Of a stretch of 64,000 nt of DNA, positions 47,238 through 56,103 are shown piece by piece (position 1 is the first letter of the stretch; each line of letters begins with the position of its first letter). The notes under the pieces were generated by a model. That model saw only the letters and a program-made list of their open reading frames with translations. It was not told the origin of the DNA and did not search any database. The DNA lies in NCBI GenBank assembly GCA_012719135.1, contig JAAYAW010000085.1, positions 2,067 to 66,066 of the forward strand, written 5' to 3'. The translations under genes and the position numbers were made by a program. The stretch is from Chloroflexota bacterium (GTDB lineage: Bacteria; Chloroflexota; Anaerolineae; UBA1429).

Positions 47238-48027
47238 CAAGACCGTGGCTCTCCTTTCGATCGCCATCGCTCAAACCGGTGATCCTGCGCAGCGCCGATA
47301 CCTCAGATTCGCTTAGCGGGCGGTATTGCCCGGTCTGCAGTTCGCCAAGTTCCAGGCTCGCGATGCGAACCCGGATGAGCCGCTGAACGCTCAAGCCCAG
47401 GTGTGCCATAAGCTCGCGAATCTCGCGCTTGTGTCCTTCGCGCAGTACCAGGCCGATCCACTGGCACCCGCTTGGCACAGGCTCACCACGCCAGAGCCAG
47501 CCCGCTGGCAGGTCCCGGACGTGAGCGCGCGCCGGCAATGCCTTATCCTGGAGGCTTACCCCGCTCGCGAGTTGCCGGCGTGCCTCCTGAGTCAAGGTTC
47601 CCCGGATCGATACGCGATACTCCTTCTCATGGCCATAGCGTGGATGCGTCAGCCGTAAGGCGAGCGGGCCATCGTTGGTATATAGCATCAGGCCTTCGCT
47701 ATCTCGATCCAGCCGGCCGACGGGGTACACGCGCACGATCGCTGGCACGAGATCGCTCGCCAACAGAGTGGCGTGCGGATCGCGGTTCGAGGATACATAG
47801 CCCACGGGCTTGTACAATGCCCCGTAGACCGGGACTTTGGCCACTGGAAGGTCGGCTCCATCAACGGTGATCCGGTCTATCCCGGCTCTCACCCGCGTCC
47901 CCAGCTCTGTGATCACCAAGCCGTTGACCGAAACACGGCCAGAGAGGATCATGGCCTCACTCGCGCGCCTGGAAGCAACCCCCGCCTGGGCCATCACCTT
48001 CTGAAGGCGCTCCGCCTCATCGGGCAT
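47215..48027 (-). CDS. rluB: rRNA pseudouridine synthase (RluB/RsuA family)
   Basis: S4 domain (RLQKVMAQAGVASRR) plus catalytic GRLD motif (VYPVGRLDRDSEGL). Confidence 0.9.
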   Translation of the reverse strand: MPDEAERLQKVMAQAGVASRRASEAMILSGRVSVNGLVITELGTRVRAGIDRITVDGADLPVAKVPVYGALYKPVGYVSSNRDPHATLLASDLVPAIVRVYPVGRLDRDSEGLMLYTNDGPLALRLTHPRYGHEKEYRVSIRGTLTQEARRQLASGVSLQDKALPARAHVRDLPAGWLWRGEPVPSGCQWIGLVLREGHKREIRELMAHLGLSVQRLIRVRIASLELGELQTGQYRPLSESEVSALRRITGLSDGDRKESHGLGTHNDSD

Positions 48028-49123
48028 ACAGAGGCGCCTCCATCAGAGGGCGCCCTGCCAGGAGCACCTCGAGAGTACCGATGGGTTCATCTGCAGCCGG
48101 GTTCACCACGGGATTGTGAATCCGCCGCACGATGGTTACCGAGCCTGTCTGCCAGGAGCGCACAAGCATCGTCAACGGCTCACGAAGGCCAAAAGCATGC
48201 AGGTTGCCCTCAGTATCCACATATCGGTTCAGCGGCGATTCGGGCAGGTCAAAATGGAGTTCCGCATAGTGGCCGTAAAAGTGGTCCAGGAGGCTCACAG
48301 AGTCGGCATATCGGTCCGTCGATCCAAGCACCACCGCAAGCGCATCCCCCTGAGGCCGGCGGACCAGAGTGATGAGGCACTCGCCCGCGAGTTCCTCTGT
48401 TCCCGTCTTGATGCCTACCGTTCCCGAGTACCTGGTGAGCATCTCGTTGGTGTTGACGAGGCGCCGATCCGCGGCGATGATCTCTGGAGTGGCGAGTATC
48501 TCCCGGAGGAAGGGAACGCTCTCGGCGTACAGCGCGATCTGTGCCATGTCCCACGCGGACGTATAGTTCTCTTCATCATCGAGGCCGTGAGGATTGGCAA
48601 AGTGCGTGTTCCTCAGGCCGTGTGACTCTACCCACTGGTTCATCCATCCCACAAAGACGTCGGCGGTGCCGCCGAGGGTGCGCGCGATGGTCACGCCCGC
48701 TGTGTTATCGGAAGGGATCAGCAGGACATGGAGCATCTCGTCCAGCGTCAGCGTTTCCTGCTCGTGGAGACCGATCATGGTCCAGATCTGGAGGTCTTCC
48801 TCGGTGACCGTCACCGTCTGATCGAGGTCGCCTCGCTCCAGAGCAACGATGGCCGTGACGAGCTTGGTCAGGCTCGCCGGCGCCCGCCGGGCGTGCTCAT
48901 TCTGCGCCAGGATGACCTGGCCGGTGGTGGGGTTCACGAGGAGCGCCGCTGGTGCCGTCACGGCCGGCAAGGGCTCATCGCGCATGAGCGCGATCTGCTG
49001 TGGTGTCAGCGACTTGAGCGGCTCGTCCGCATCGGTCAGCCGCGGCGGGCCAAAACCAAAGCAGGGCACCACCAGGACGATGAGAAGGAGGATTGCGAGA
49101 CGACGTGTCACTGTATGCTCCAC
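48017..49123 (-). CDS. D-alanyl-D-alanine carboxypeptidase (serine peptidase S11, PBP5/DacB-like)
   Basis: Signal peptide; SxxK (PASLTK), SxN (PSDN) and KTG (GIKTGT) motifs. GTG start. Confidence 0.85.
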   Translation of the reverse strand: MEHTVTRRLAILLLIVLVVPCFGFGPPRLTDADEPLKSLTPQQIALMRDEPLPAVTAPAALLVNPTTGQVILAQNEHARRAPASLTKLVTAIVALERGDLDQTVTVTEEDLQIWTMIGLHEQETLTLDEMLHVLLIPSDNTAGVTIARTLGGTADVFVGWMNQWVESHGLRNTHFANPHGLDDEENYTSAWDMAQIALYAESVPFLREILATPEIIAADRRLVNTNEMLTRYSGTVGIKTGTEELAGECLITLVRRPQGDALAVVLGSTDRYADSVSLLDHFYGHYAELHFDLPESPLNRYVDTEGNLHAFGLREPLTMLVRSWQTGSVTIVRRIHNPVVNPAADEPIGTLEVLLAGRPLMEAPLYAR

Positions 49124-49241
49124 CGGGAATGGGACTCGGTACGATTCTACCTGTGGGCGGCGGAGGCGTCAAAAGGTTCGGACGGTGATCTTGCCGTGTG
49201 CCTTGCCCGCAGGAGGTGGAGGCAGCGTTGCATGGCATGCC

Positions 49242-49270
49242 TTGACAACCATACCCCCCTATGGTATATT
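49242..49270 (+). promoter_or_regulatory. putative promoter TTGACA-17-TATATT upstream of the CoADR-fusion gene
   Basis: ccTTGACAaccatacccccctatggTATATTcgc. It overlaps the 5' end of the track ORF (49261), arguing for the downstream ATG 49309, which is preceded by GGGGAGG. Confidence 0.55.
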
Positions 49271-49308
49271 CGCACAGATTCTCGCATAGCTTGCGTTGGG
49301 GAGGCTTC

Positions 49309-51801
49309 ATGAGCACAGTCGTGATCGTTGGGGGAGTGGCCGGAGGGGCGACCGCAGCCACGCGTCTGCGCAGGCTGGACGAGTCGCTGGAGATCGTACT
49401 GATCGAGCGAGGGGAACACATCTCGTTTGCCAACTGCGGCCTACCCTATCACGTCGGCGGTGTCATATCCAGCCGTGAGAGTCTCTTGATGGCCACCCCT
49501 GAGACGCTCATCGGCAACTACGCCGTGGACGTACGCGTGCGCCAGGAAGTGACCGCGATCAGACCCGAGGACCGCGTGGTCACGGTGCGGGACTTGGTCT
49601 CGGGGAGAGAGTATGAGCAGCATTATGACAAGCTGATTCTCTCGCCGGGCGCTACGCCCGTGGTGCCTCCTCTGTCCGGCCTGGACCTGGACGGGGTGTA
49701 CACCCTGCGGAATATCCCGGACATGGATGCGATCATCGATCGCATCGGCCGCCCGGATGCCAAGGATGCGCTGGTCGTGGGCGGCGGGTTCATTGGCCTG
49801 GAGATGGCAGAAAACCTTCACGCTCGCGGCCTCTCTGTAACGATCGTCGAGATGCTGCCTCAAGTCATGTCCACGATCGATCCGGACATGGCCAGCCTGG
49901 TGCACCGCGAGCTCTTGCGCAACAACATCCGGCTGGGCCTTGGGGACGGGCTGCAGTCTGTTGAGAAGACCGAATCCGGTCGATTGAAGGTCAACTTATC
50001 CAGCGGGCGCTCCGGCGAGGCCGACGTCGTCCTATTGGCGATCGGCGTGCGACCAGAGTCGCGCCTGGCTGTGGAAGCGGGGCTGGAAGTTGGTCCTCGC
50101 GGGCACATCGTCGTAGACGAGCAGATGCGCACCTCTCACCCGGACATCTATGCCGTGGGAGATGCCGTTCAGGTAAAGGATCCCATCACCGGCCGGATGA
50201 CGGGCATACCGCTGGCGGGCCCTGCCAACCGGCAGGCGCGCATCGCGGCGGACGCCATTGCCGGCCGTGACTCGGCCTATGTGGGAACGATCGGCACGGC
50301 CATCGTGAAGGTGTTCGATCTGACGGTCGCCAGCACAGGCGCAAGCAGCCGTGCCCTGGACCAGGCCGGAATCAGCTATGCCACGAGCATCACCCAGAGT
50401 TACGATCACGCCAGCTACTACCCCGGGGGCACCTACCAGACCATCAAACTGATCTACGCCCCAGAGGGTGGCCGATTGCTGGGCGCGCAGGCGGTGGGAA
50501 TCGCGGCGATAGATCGCACGATCGACGTTCTAGCCACTGCTCTGACGAACCGAATGACCGTGCACGATCTCGAGCATCTTGAGCTGGCCTACGCTCCACC
50601 CTACGGCGCGGCCAAGGACCCGGTCAACATCGCCGGGTACGTGGCTGCCGGGCGCCTGCGCGGCGACTCCACGGCGGCTACCTGGCGGGATGTGTTGGAC
50701 CGGGATCCCGAAGAGACGGGCTTGCTGGACGTCCGGACCGATATCGAGTGGAATCTGGGGCACCTGGAGGGCGCGATCCATATCCCGCAGGACCAGCTGA
50801 GGGGGCGCTTGAACGAGATGGATCGTGGACGCAGGTGGATCGCCTACTGCTCGGTGGGTCAGCGATCCTACGCGGCTGAGCGGACTCTGAAGCAGAACGG
50901 GTTTGAGGCCGCGACTCTCAGTGGCGGATACACCAACTTTATCGCTGTGACGGAGAAGCAGGACAACTGGGATAGCTGGCGTCCTGCAGGCGAGGAGGGC
51001 CCGGCTATGGCAGAGGAGATGCAGTCGCGTCAGGGCGGCGTTCTTGTGCCGGCCCCTGGCGCGGCACTACCGGTCATCGAGCTGGATGCCTGCGGTCTTC
51101 AGTGCCCCGGGCCGATCATGGCGGTGTACCGTCGAATGCAGGAGCTGCCAGAGGGCCAACGGCTGCAGGTGGAGGCCACGGATCCCGGCTTTGTGCGCGA
51201 TATCGCCACCTGGGCGCAGCAGACCGGCAACTCGCTCCTGGACCTGCGGCAAGAGAAGGGGCGGATCACGGCTTTGCTGGCCAAGGGAAAGGCAGCGCCG
51301 GAACTGCGCGTATCAGAGAGCGGCGCGCTACCCAAGGCCAAGACGCTCATCGTCTTCTCGGGGAACCTGGATCACGCGATGGCGGCCATGATCATCGCCA
51401 ACGGAGCGGCCGCCATGGGCCAGCCCGTGAGCATCTTTTTCACCTTCTGGGGCCTGAACATCCTGCGCCGCCGCGATGGCGTTCACGTGAAAAAGAACCT
51501 GATTGAGAAGATGTTTGGCCTGATGATGCCTCGCGGAGCGCGGGCCCTCAAGCTTTCCAGGCTGAACATGGGTGGTGCGGGCACGGCGTTGATGAAGAGC
51601 GTCATGCGCTCCAAGAACATCGACTCGTTGGAGTCGCTGATCGCCTCGGCTCAGCAGGCCGGAGTGCGCCTGATCGCTTGCCAGATGACCATGGACATGA
51701 TGGGCATCAAGGAAGAGGAACTGATCGATGGCGTCGACATCGGCGGGGTGGCCACGATGATCGGGGAGACGGACAAGGGCAACGCAACCTGGTTCGTATA
51801 A
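49309..51801 (+). CDS. multidomain CoA-disulfide reductase / rhodanese / TusA / DsrE fusion (probable NAD(P)H-dependent persulfide-polysulfide reductase)
   Basis: FAD/NAD Rossmann motifs (VVIVGGVAGG; VVGGGFIGLE), CoADR redox Cys (SFANCGLPY), rhodanese active site (AYCSVGQRS), TusA CPGP motif (LDACGLQCPGPIM), and a C-terminal DsrE/DsrF-like domain (KTLIVFSGNLDHAMAA...). Confidence 0.85.
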   Translation: MSTVVIVGGVAGGATAATRLRRLDESLEIVLIERGEHISFANCGLPYHVGGVISSRESLLMATPETLIGNYAVDVRVRQEVTAIRPEDRVVTVRDLVSGREYEQHYDKLILSPGATPVVPPLSGLDLDGVYTLRNIPDMDAIIDRIGRPDAKDALVVGGGFIGLEMAENLHARGLSVTIVEMLPQVMSTIDPDMASLVHRELLRNNIRLGLGDGLQSVEKTESGRLKVNLSSGRSGEADVVLLAIGVRPESRLAVEAGLEVGPRGHIVVDEQMRTSHPDIYAVGDAVQVKDPITGRMTGIPLAGPANRQARIAADAIAGRDSAYVGTIGTAIVKVFDLTVASTGASSRALDQAGISYATSITQSYDHASYYPGGTYQTIKLIYAPEGGRLLGAQAVGIAAIDRTIDVLATALTNRMTVHDLEHLELAYAPPYGAAKDPVNIAGYVAAGRLRGDSTAATWRDVLDRDPEETGLLDVRTDIEWNLGHLEGAIHIPQDQLRGRLNEMDRGRRWIAYCSVGQRSYAAERTLKQNGFEAATLSGGYTNFIAVTEKQDNWDSWRPAGEEGPAMAEEMQSRQGGVLVPAPGAALPVIELDACGLQCPGPIMAVYRRMQELPEGQRLQVEATDPGFVRDIATWAQQTGNSLLDLRQEKGRITALLAKGKAAPELRVSESGALPKAKTLIVFSGNLDHAMAAMIIANGAAAMGQPVSIFFTFWGLNILRRRDGVHVKKNLIEKMFGLMMPRGARALKLSRLNMGGAGTALMKSVMRSKNIDSLESLIASAQQAGVRLIACQMTMDMMGIKEEELIDGVDIGGVATMIGETDKGNATWFV

Positions 51802-51821
51802 CCTTTGGCGCGCAAAGAGGT

Positions 51822-51847
51822 GGGGCCGTCCCATTGCGGACGGCCCC
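51822..51847. terminator. hairpin GGGGCCGTCC-cattgc-GGACGGCCCC between convergent genes
   Basis: 10-bp perfect stem. Minus-strand T-rich tail (CCTCTTTGCGCGCC) after the stop of the lytic transglycosylase gene. Confidence 0.45.
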
Positions 51848-51855
51848 GCCTCTCG

Positions 51856-54339
51856 TCACTCCTCGGCTTCGATAGCGGCAGGCCGGTAGATCTGGCGGTA
51901 CCGGCTGTACTGCTCGTAGATGTAGCGCACATAGTCCTGCGCCTGTTGAGACGGCAGCGTCTCGAAGAAGAGATCATGGTCCACGATCGGCTGCCCGCCG
52001 GTCCAGTTGGCCACATTTCCGGGCCCCGCGTTGTAGCCCACCAGCGCCGCGATCCAATCCCGGTCGTACATGCTCAGGAGCAGCGCATAGTACCAGGCGC
52101 TGTAGCGCAGATTCAGAACGGGGCGCAGAAGCAATTCGTCGGCATACTCTTCTGGGCCGATCTGCGTGGCTATCCACTCGCCCGTGGCCGGCATGATCTG
52201 GGCCAGGCCGAGCGCTCCGGCAGACGAGCGTGCCTCGGCGTTGAACAGGCTCTCCTGGCGGATCAGCGCGAGCATCAGCAGGGGATCCAGATCATAGTAG
52301 CTGGCATACTCCTGCACGAGCCGGCCGTACAGATCCGGATAGGCGAGCGCGTTCAGTGCTTGGGGGATCTCCGCCATGCCAGCATCGCGCGCCAGCCTGG
52401 CGAGACGTTGGCCGCACCAGATCATCGTCGGGTAGGCTTCCCAGCGCACGGCGGACTCGGCCAGGTGCAGCACCTCGTAGGGGCTGTCCTTGATCTGCTG
52501 CTGCAGAGCCTGTGTGGAGAGGTTCGCCTCGGTTGACCAGCCGAGCGCGTGAAGGGCATCGGCCTCCTGGTAGCCCGGATCCTCGAGAAGGGTCACTCCG
52601 GTGGATGTCGTCCAGGAGCTGGCCCATACGCGGAGGCCCTCCCAGTCCGCTTCAGAGAGCGTGTCTGGAGCGAGCGTTGCGGAGAGCCCGGATGCCAGCC
52701 GTGGCGGCGCGTGCTGGAGCAGATCGGCCGCCCGCAGGCCATAGTACGAATCGGGAGAGATGCGCACGGCCTCATGCCAGTAGACGTCCGCTTGCTCCAG
52801 TTGACCCGCCTGCTTGGCCGCCAGGCCGATCCACACGACCAGGCGAACCCGCAAGGGAACGTCCGTTGTGACGTCCAGCCGCTCCCTCCACGTCGTACTG
52901 GCGGTGTACGCATCACCGGAGGCATAGTACGCCAGTCCTTGCCGGAAGGCGGCGTCACCGGCGCGATCATCGCTGGGGTACTTTTCGGCCAGTAGCGCAT
53001 AGTAGCTCGCGGCCTGCGTCCAGTTGCCGGCGTGTTCCGAGGCCACAGCTGCCTCCCAGAGCGCCTCTGCGGCACGCGGATGTTCCGGATGGTTGACGTA
53101 GAACTCGTGGTAGAACGGCGCCGCGTCGCTTCCGCTGGCGCCGATCGTCCAGGCATTGGCGAACCAGGCGTCGGCCAGCAGGGCCTGGTCGCCAGCCGAT
53201 TCGATCGCCACAGTGTAGTGAGCCAGGGCCTCCTCGTACTGCCCCTTCTTCGCGAGCGTCAGGCCAAGGTAATAGTGTGCCTCAGCAGCCCCACGCTCGG
53301 GCTCGTCGTGGAGGTAATAGTTCAGGTACTCCAGAGCCAGGTTGTACTCTTGCGAGTGGTAGTGGATCTTGCCCCTTGTGAGATCCGTCAGAACGAGCGA
53401 TGTGCTCGTCGGAGTAATCGATTCGGTGCTCCGGACGGTCTCCGATTCCGGCAGCGCCGCCAACTCCTGCAGGGACAGGAAAGCCGCGAAGGACTCCGGC
53501 GCAGTGTTGGCGACATGGAGGAAGGATGCCACCGCCTCCTCTTCATGGCTGGCCTCCCGCAACGTCTCTCCCTTGTAGTGGCTGATGAGGGCGCGATAGT
53601 CCGGAAGCTGCGAAAACGCCAGAATGCGGTCATACACCTCGATGGCGCTGTTGGGATCGCTGTTGGCGCGATAGGCCGTGGCGAGCTCGCTCAGTACCTC
53701 GGCGCGGAACGAGGGCTGCAGCCGGTCGGCGTCAATTGATTCGAGCGCTCGGATCTGGCTGGTGATATCGCCCACGGCTTTGTGATCTCGAGCGATTCGC
53801 CACCAGACGTAGGGCGCCGCACGGCCGTCTGCGGACACATAGGCTTCAAGTGCTGTCGCTGCGGCACGCCAGTTACCGACGGCTTCCTGGGCGCTCCCCA
53901 GGAGGCCAAGGGCCTCCGCGTGCAAGGGCGCGGGCGCATCCACGGCCACGGCCCAGGAGGCTTGTGCAATCGCCATGTCTGCCTGGCCGGCGCGCAGATA
54001 GAGCCTCCCCAGCTCTAGCACGTGGGCCACGCGCTGCTCATCGGGGCTCTGCTCCACGATCTGTCGCCATAGCTCGGTGGCGCGTTCCAGATCCCCTTCC
54101 GTAGCCGCTGTCCGTGCCTCGGAGATCAGGGCCACGAGAGCGCTGTCCACGGGAACGGTCTCGGTGGGCTCTGAGGCCGTTTGGTCCGTGGGCTGGAGCG
54201 TCTCGGCAGCCGCAGTGGGGAGCTCCACGGTCTCCGGCGCCAGCGCCTCCTGGGGGGCCTCCCGCCCAACGGCACATCCCACCAACAATGTGGCCCACAG
54301 GGCGGCCGCCAGCACGAGGCGTAGGGGCCTCAGCGTCAT
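51856..54339 (-). CDS. TPR-repeat lytic murein transglycosylase lipoprotein (Slt-like)
   Basis: Lipoprotein signal with lipobox (LLVGC); long TPR/superhelical region; C-terminal SLT domain (LIRQESLFNAEARSSAGALGLAQIMPATGEW). Confidence 0.85.
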   Translation of the reverse strand: MTLRPLRLVLAAALWATLLVGCAVGREAPQEALAPETVELPTAAAETLQPTDQTASEPTETVPVDSALVALISEARTAATEGDLERATELWRQIVEQSPDEQRVAHVLELGRLYLRAGQADMAIAQASWAVAVDAPAPLHAEALGLLGSAQEAVGNWRAAATALEAYVSADGRAAPYVWWRIARDHKAVGDITSQIRALESIDADRLQPSFRAEVLSELATAYRANSDPNSAIEVYDRILAFSQLPDYRALISHYKGETLREASHEEEAVASFLHVANTAPESFAAFLSLQELAALPESETVRSTESITPTSTSLVLTDLTRGKIHYHSQEYNLALEYLNYYLHDEPERGAAEAHYYLGLTLAKKGQYEEALAHYTVAIESAGDQALLADAWFANAWTIGASGSDAAPFYHEFYVNHPEHPRAAEALWEAAVASEHAGNWTQAASYYALLAEKYPSDDRAGDAAFRQGLAYYASGDAYTASTTWRERLDVTTDVPLRVRLVVWIGLAAKQAGQLEQADVYWHEAVRISPDSYYGLRAADLLQHAPPRLASGLSATLAPDTLSEADWEGLRVWASSWTTSTGVTLLEDPGYQEADALHALGWSTEANLSTQALQQQIKDSPYEVLHLAESAVRWEAYPTMIWCGQRLARLARDAGMAEIPQALNALAYPDLYGRLVQEYASYYDLDPLLMLALIRQESLFNAEARSSAGALGLAQIMPATGEWIATQIGPEEYADELLLRPVLNLRYSAWYYALLLSMYDRDWIAALVGYNAGPGNVANWTGGQPIVDHDLFFETLPSQQAQDYVRYIYEQYSRYRQIYRPAAIEAEE

Positions 54340-55124
54340 CGCCCTGGCTCTTCTGCGTGCACCGGCGCACCAGGCTTGCGGGCAACCCAGAACACGCGAG
54401 TGGTGTACTCGTCAGGCGGGCGTTCGGAAAAGCAGGCGTAGCTCGCCTCTACTCGAAAGCCCGCGTCGCTCAGCAGGGTGGCCACATGCTCATTCGGATA
54501 GGCTTGCTCCAGGTGTGTCTCCTGGATCTTGCGGTACAGGTCGCCGGTCCGTTGAAAGCAGGTGACCGTTACGGTGGTGCGGTGGATGGCCTGGTCGTGG
54601 TCGCTGTCCATGATCACCGTGAGTTCCGGAGAGTCGGTGACGTAGGTCTGGTCCGCCCAGTACGTTTCCAGCGCATAGGCCGTGTTCATGTCCGCAAAGA
54701 AAAGGCCGCCCGGCCGGAGGGCCGCATGGACGCGGCGAAACGTCGCGAGCAGATCCTGATCGGTGAGCATATAGTTCAGGCTGTCGTACAGGCAGGTTGC
54801 GAGGTCGACGGGCGTATCGAGCCGAAAGTGACGCATGTCTCCGTGGCGCCACAGGAGAGCGCCGGAAGGAAGCGCATCGCCCAGCGCACGAGCCTTCTCG
54901 CGGGCTTCTGTGAGCATCGCCTCAGAGCCATCGAGGCCCGTTACTTCCCAGCCCTGCAGAGCCATGGCAATGGCCACGGTGCCCGTCCCACAAGCCAGAT
55001 CAAGCAGGCGACCCCGGGGGACGGGATGCCGGGCCAGGACGCGCCCGAGATACGGGATCATCTGCTCGCTAAAGCTTATCTGCCCGGAAGCATCGTAGAC
55101 GGCGGCATAGTCCTTGTAGATCAA
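54336..55124 (-). CDS. class I SAM-dependent methyltransferase
   Basis: MTase motif I (LLDLACGTGTVA) and post-I motifs. Start proposed at the TTG at 55124 (MIYKDYAAVYD). The remainder of track ORF 54336..55478 overlaps the divergent promoter region. 4-nt overlap with the downstream SLT gene. Confidence 0.7.
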   Translation of the reverse strand: MIYKDYAAVYDASGQISFSEQMIPYLGRVLARHPVPRGRLLDLACGTGTVAIAMALQGWEVTGLDGSEAMLTEAREKARALGDALPSGALLWRHGDMRHFRLDTPVDLATCLYDSLNYMLTDQDLLATFRRVHAALRPGGLFFADMNTAYALETYWADQTYVTDSPELTVIMDSDHDQAIHRTTVTVTCFQRTGDLYRKIQETHLEQAYPNEHVATLLSDAGFRVEASYACFSERPPDEYTTRVFWVARKPGAPVHAEEPGR

Positions 55125-55181
55125 GTCACACCTGTTCGTTTGTTCGTTTGTGCGGGCCGAGCCCGATGAGATATGGTGCGG

Positions 55182-55211
55182 ATTATAGCGACGTGCCACG
55201 CTCCCCGTCAA
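55182..55211 (-). promoter_or_regulatory. putative promoter TTGACG-18-TATAAT (minus strand) for the methyltransferase-SLT operon
   Basis: Minus strand reads aTTGACGgggagcgtggcacgtcgcTATAATccgcacc. Back-to-back with the plus-strand promoter below. Confidence 0.5.
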
Positions 55212-55237
55212 TCCGTGGCCCGGCGGCCGTGCCGTTA

Positions 55238-55267
55238 TTGACAGCGCCCAAGCGCCGGGCCTATACT
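55238..55267 (+). promoter_or_regulatory. putative promoter TTGACA-18-TATACT for the GNAT gene (near-leaderless)
   Basis: TTGACAgcgcccaagcgccgggccTATACTcgcgcgcGTGgac. The GTG start codon is only 7 nt downstream of the -10 element. Confidence 0.5.
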
Positions 55268-55274
55268 CGCGCGC

Positions 55275-56102
55275 GTGGACAGCTACACTATCCGCGAGGC
55301 GTCTACCAGTATCGATGATGCCGAGGCTCTCTCTCGCGTTGAGGCCGTCACGCTCGGAGATAGCGACCTCTCTGCGAACGAGATGCTTGCCGTCCTCTCT
55401 CAGCCCGGACAGTATATCTACCTCGCCCACGATCTCGACGGTACGTGTATCGGCATGCTGGCCAGCTTTGACAGGCATTGTGAAACCGGGGAACGCCTGG
55501 AGCTGGACATGCTTGGCGTTGTCGCACCGTGGCGTGGACGGGGCGTGGCTCGCAACCTGGTAGGCCGCGCGATTGACGACGGACGATCCAGAGGGTGTAC
55601 AGAGTACCGCGCCGTCGTTGCCGTTGACAATCTCGCCAGCAGGCGTGTGTTCGAACGTTGCGGGCTGGCATCCCGTGGGCCAGGCTACCGCTTGATGACG
55701 CGCGTGTTCGCGGGTTTTGCCTCCGTGCCGCTTTTGCCCGATGGCTGGGCACAGGAGTCCACACCGGCCCTGGCGGAGCGCGATTGGGCGTATCCTGTGG
55801 GGTCCGGTTGGTGCTCCGCCTGGGAGGGGATCAGGCTGCTGGACGCCTCAGGGAAGCAGGCCGCCGTGGTGGCCCTGCAGCGTGTGGACACGATCGCCTA
55901 CTCCGGCTACTGGATCGAAGGCCTCTGGAGCCAGAATCTCGCCAGCGGCCAGCTCGCGCTGGATGTGGCCGCTGAGTATGCCAAGAGCTGTGAGCTCGAC
56001 GAAGTGGGGATGCTGATTCCTATGGGAGATGATCTCTGGCAGGCCGCCATGGCTGCTGGCTACGAACACGCCGGCGACTATGGCGTCCTGGTGGCGGGTT
56101 GA
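55275..56102 (+). CDS. GNAT family N-acetyltransferase with C-terminal extension
   Basis: Acetyl-CoA binding motif (LGVVAPWRGRGVARNLV). A C-terminal region of about 130 aa is of unknown function. Confidence 0.6.
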   Translation: MDSYTIREASTSIDDAEALSRVEAVTLGDSDLSANEMLAVLSQPGQYIYLAHDLDGTCIGMLASFDRHCETGERLELDMLGVVAPWRGRGVARNLVGRAIDDGRSRGCTEYRAVVAVDNLASRRVFERCGLASRGPGYRLMTRVFAGFASVPLLPDGWAQESTPALAERDWAYPVGSGWCSAWEGIRLLDASGKQAAVVALQRVDTIAYSGYWIEGLWSQNLASGQLALDVAAEYAKSCELDEVGMLIPMGDDLWQAAMAAGYEHAGDYGVLVAG

Positions 56103-56103
56103 G

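Noticed and set aside
55124-55150. Short tandem repeat gttcgttt-gttcgttt
   Set aside because: Only two copies inside a leader region. Too short to call a repeat element or CRISPR.
55125-55478. Upstream 118 codons of track ORF 54336..55478
   Set aside because: The region contains two opposing near-consensus promoters. Methyltransferase homology starts only at about codon 119 (LIYKDYAAVYD). Treated as non-coding leader/promoter.
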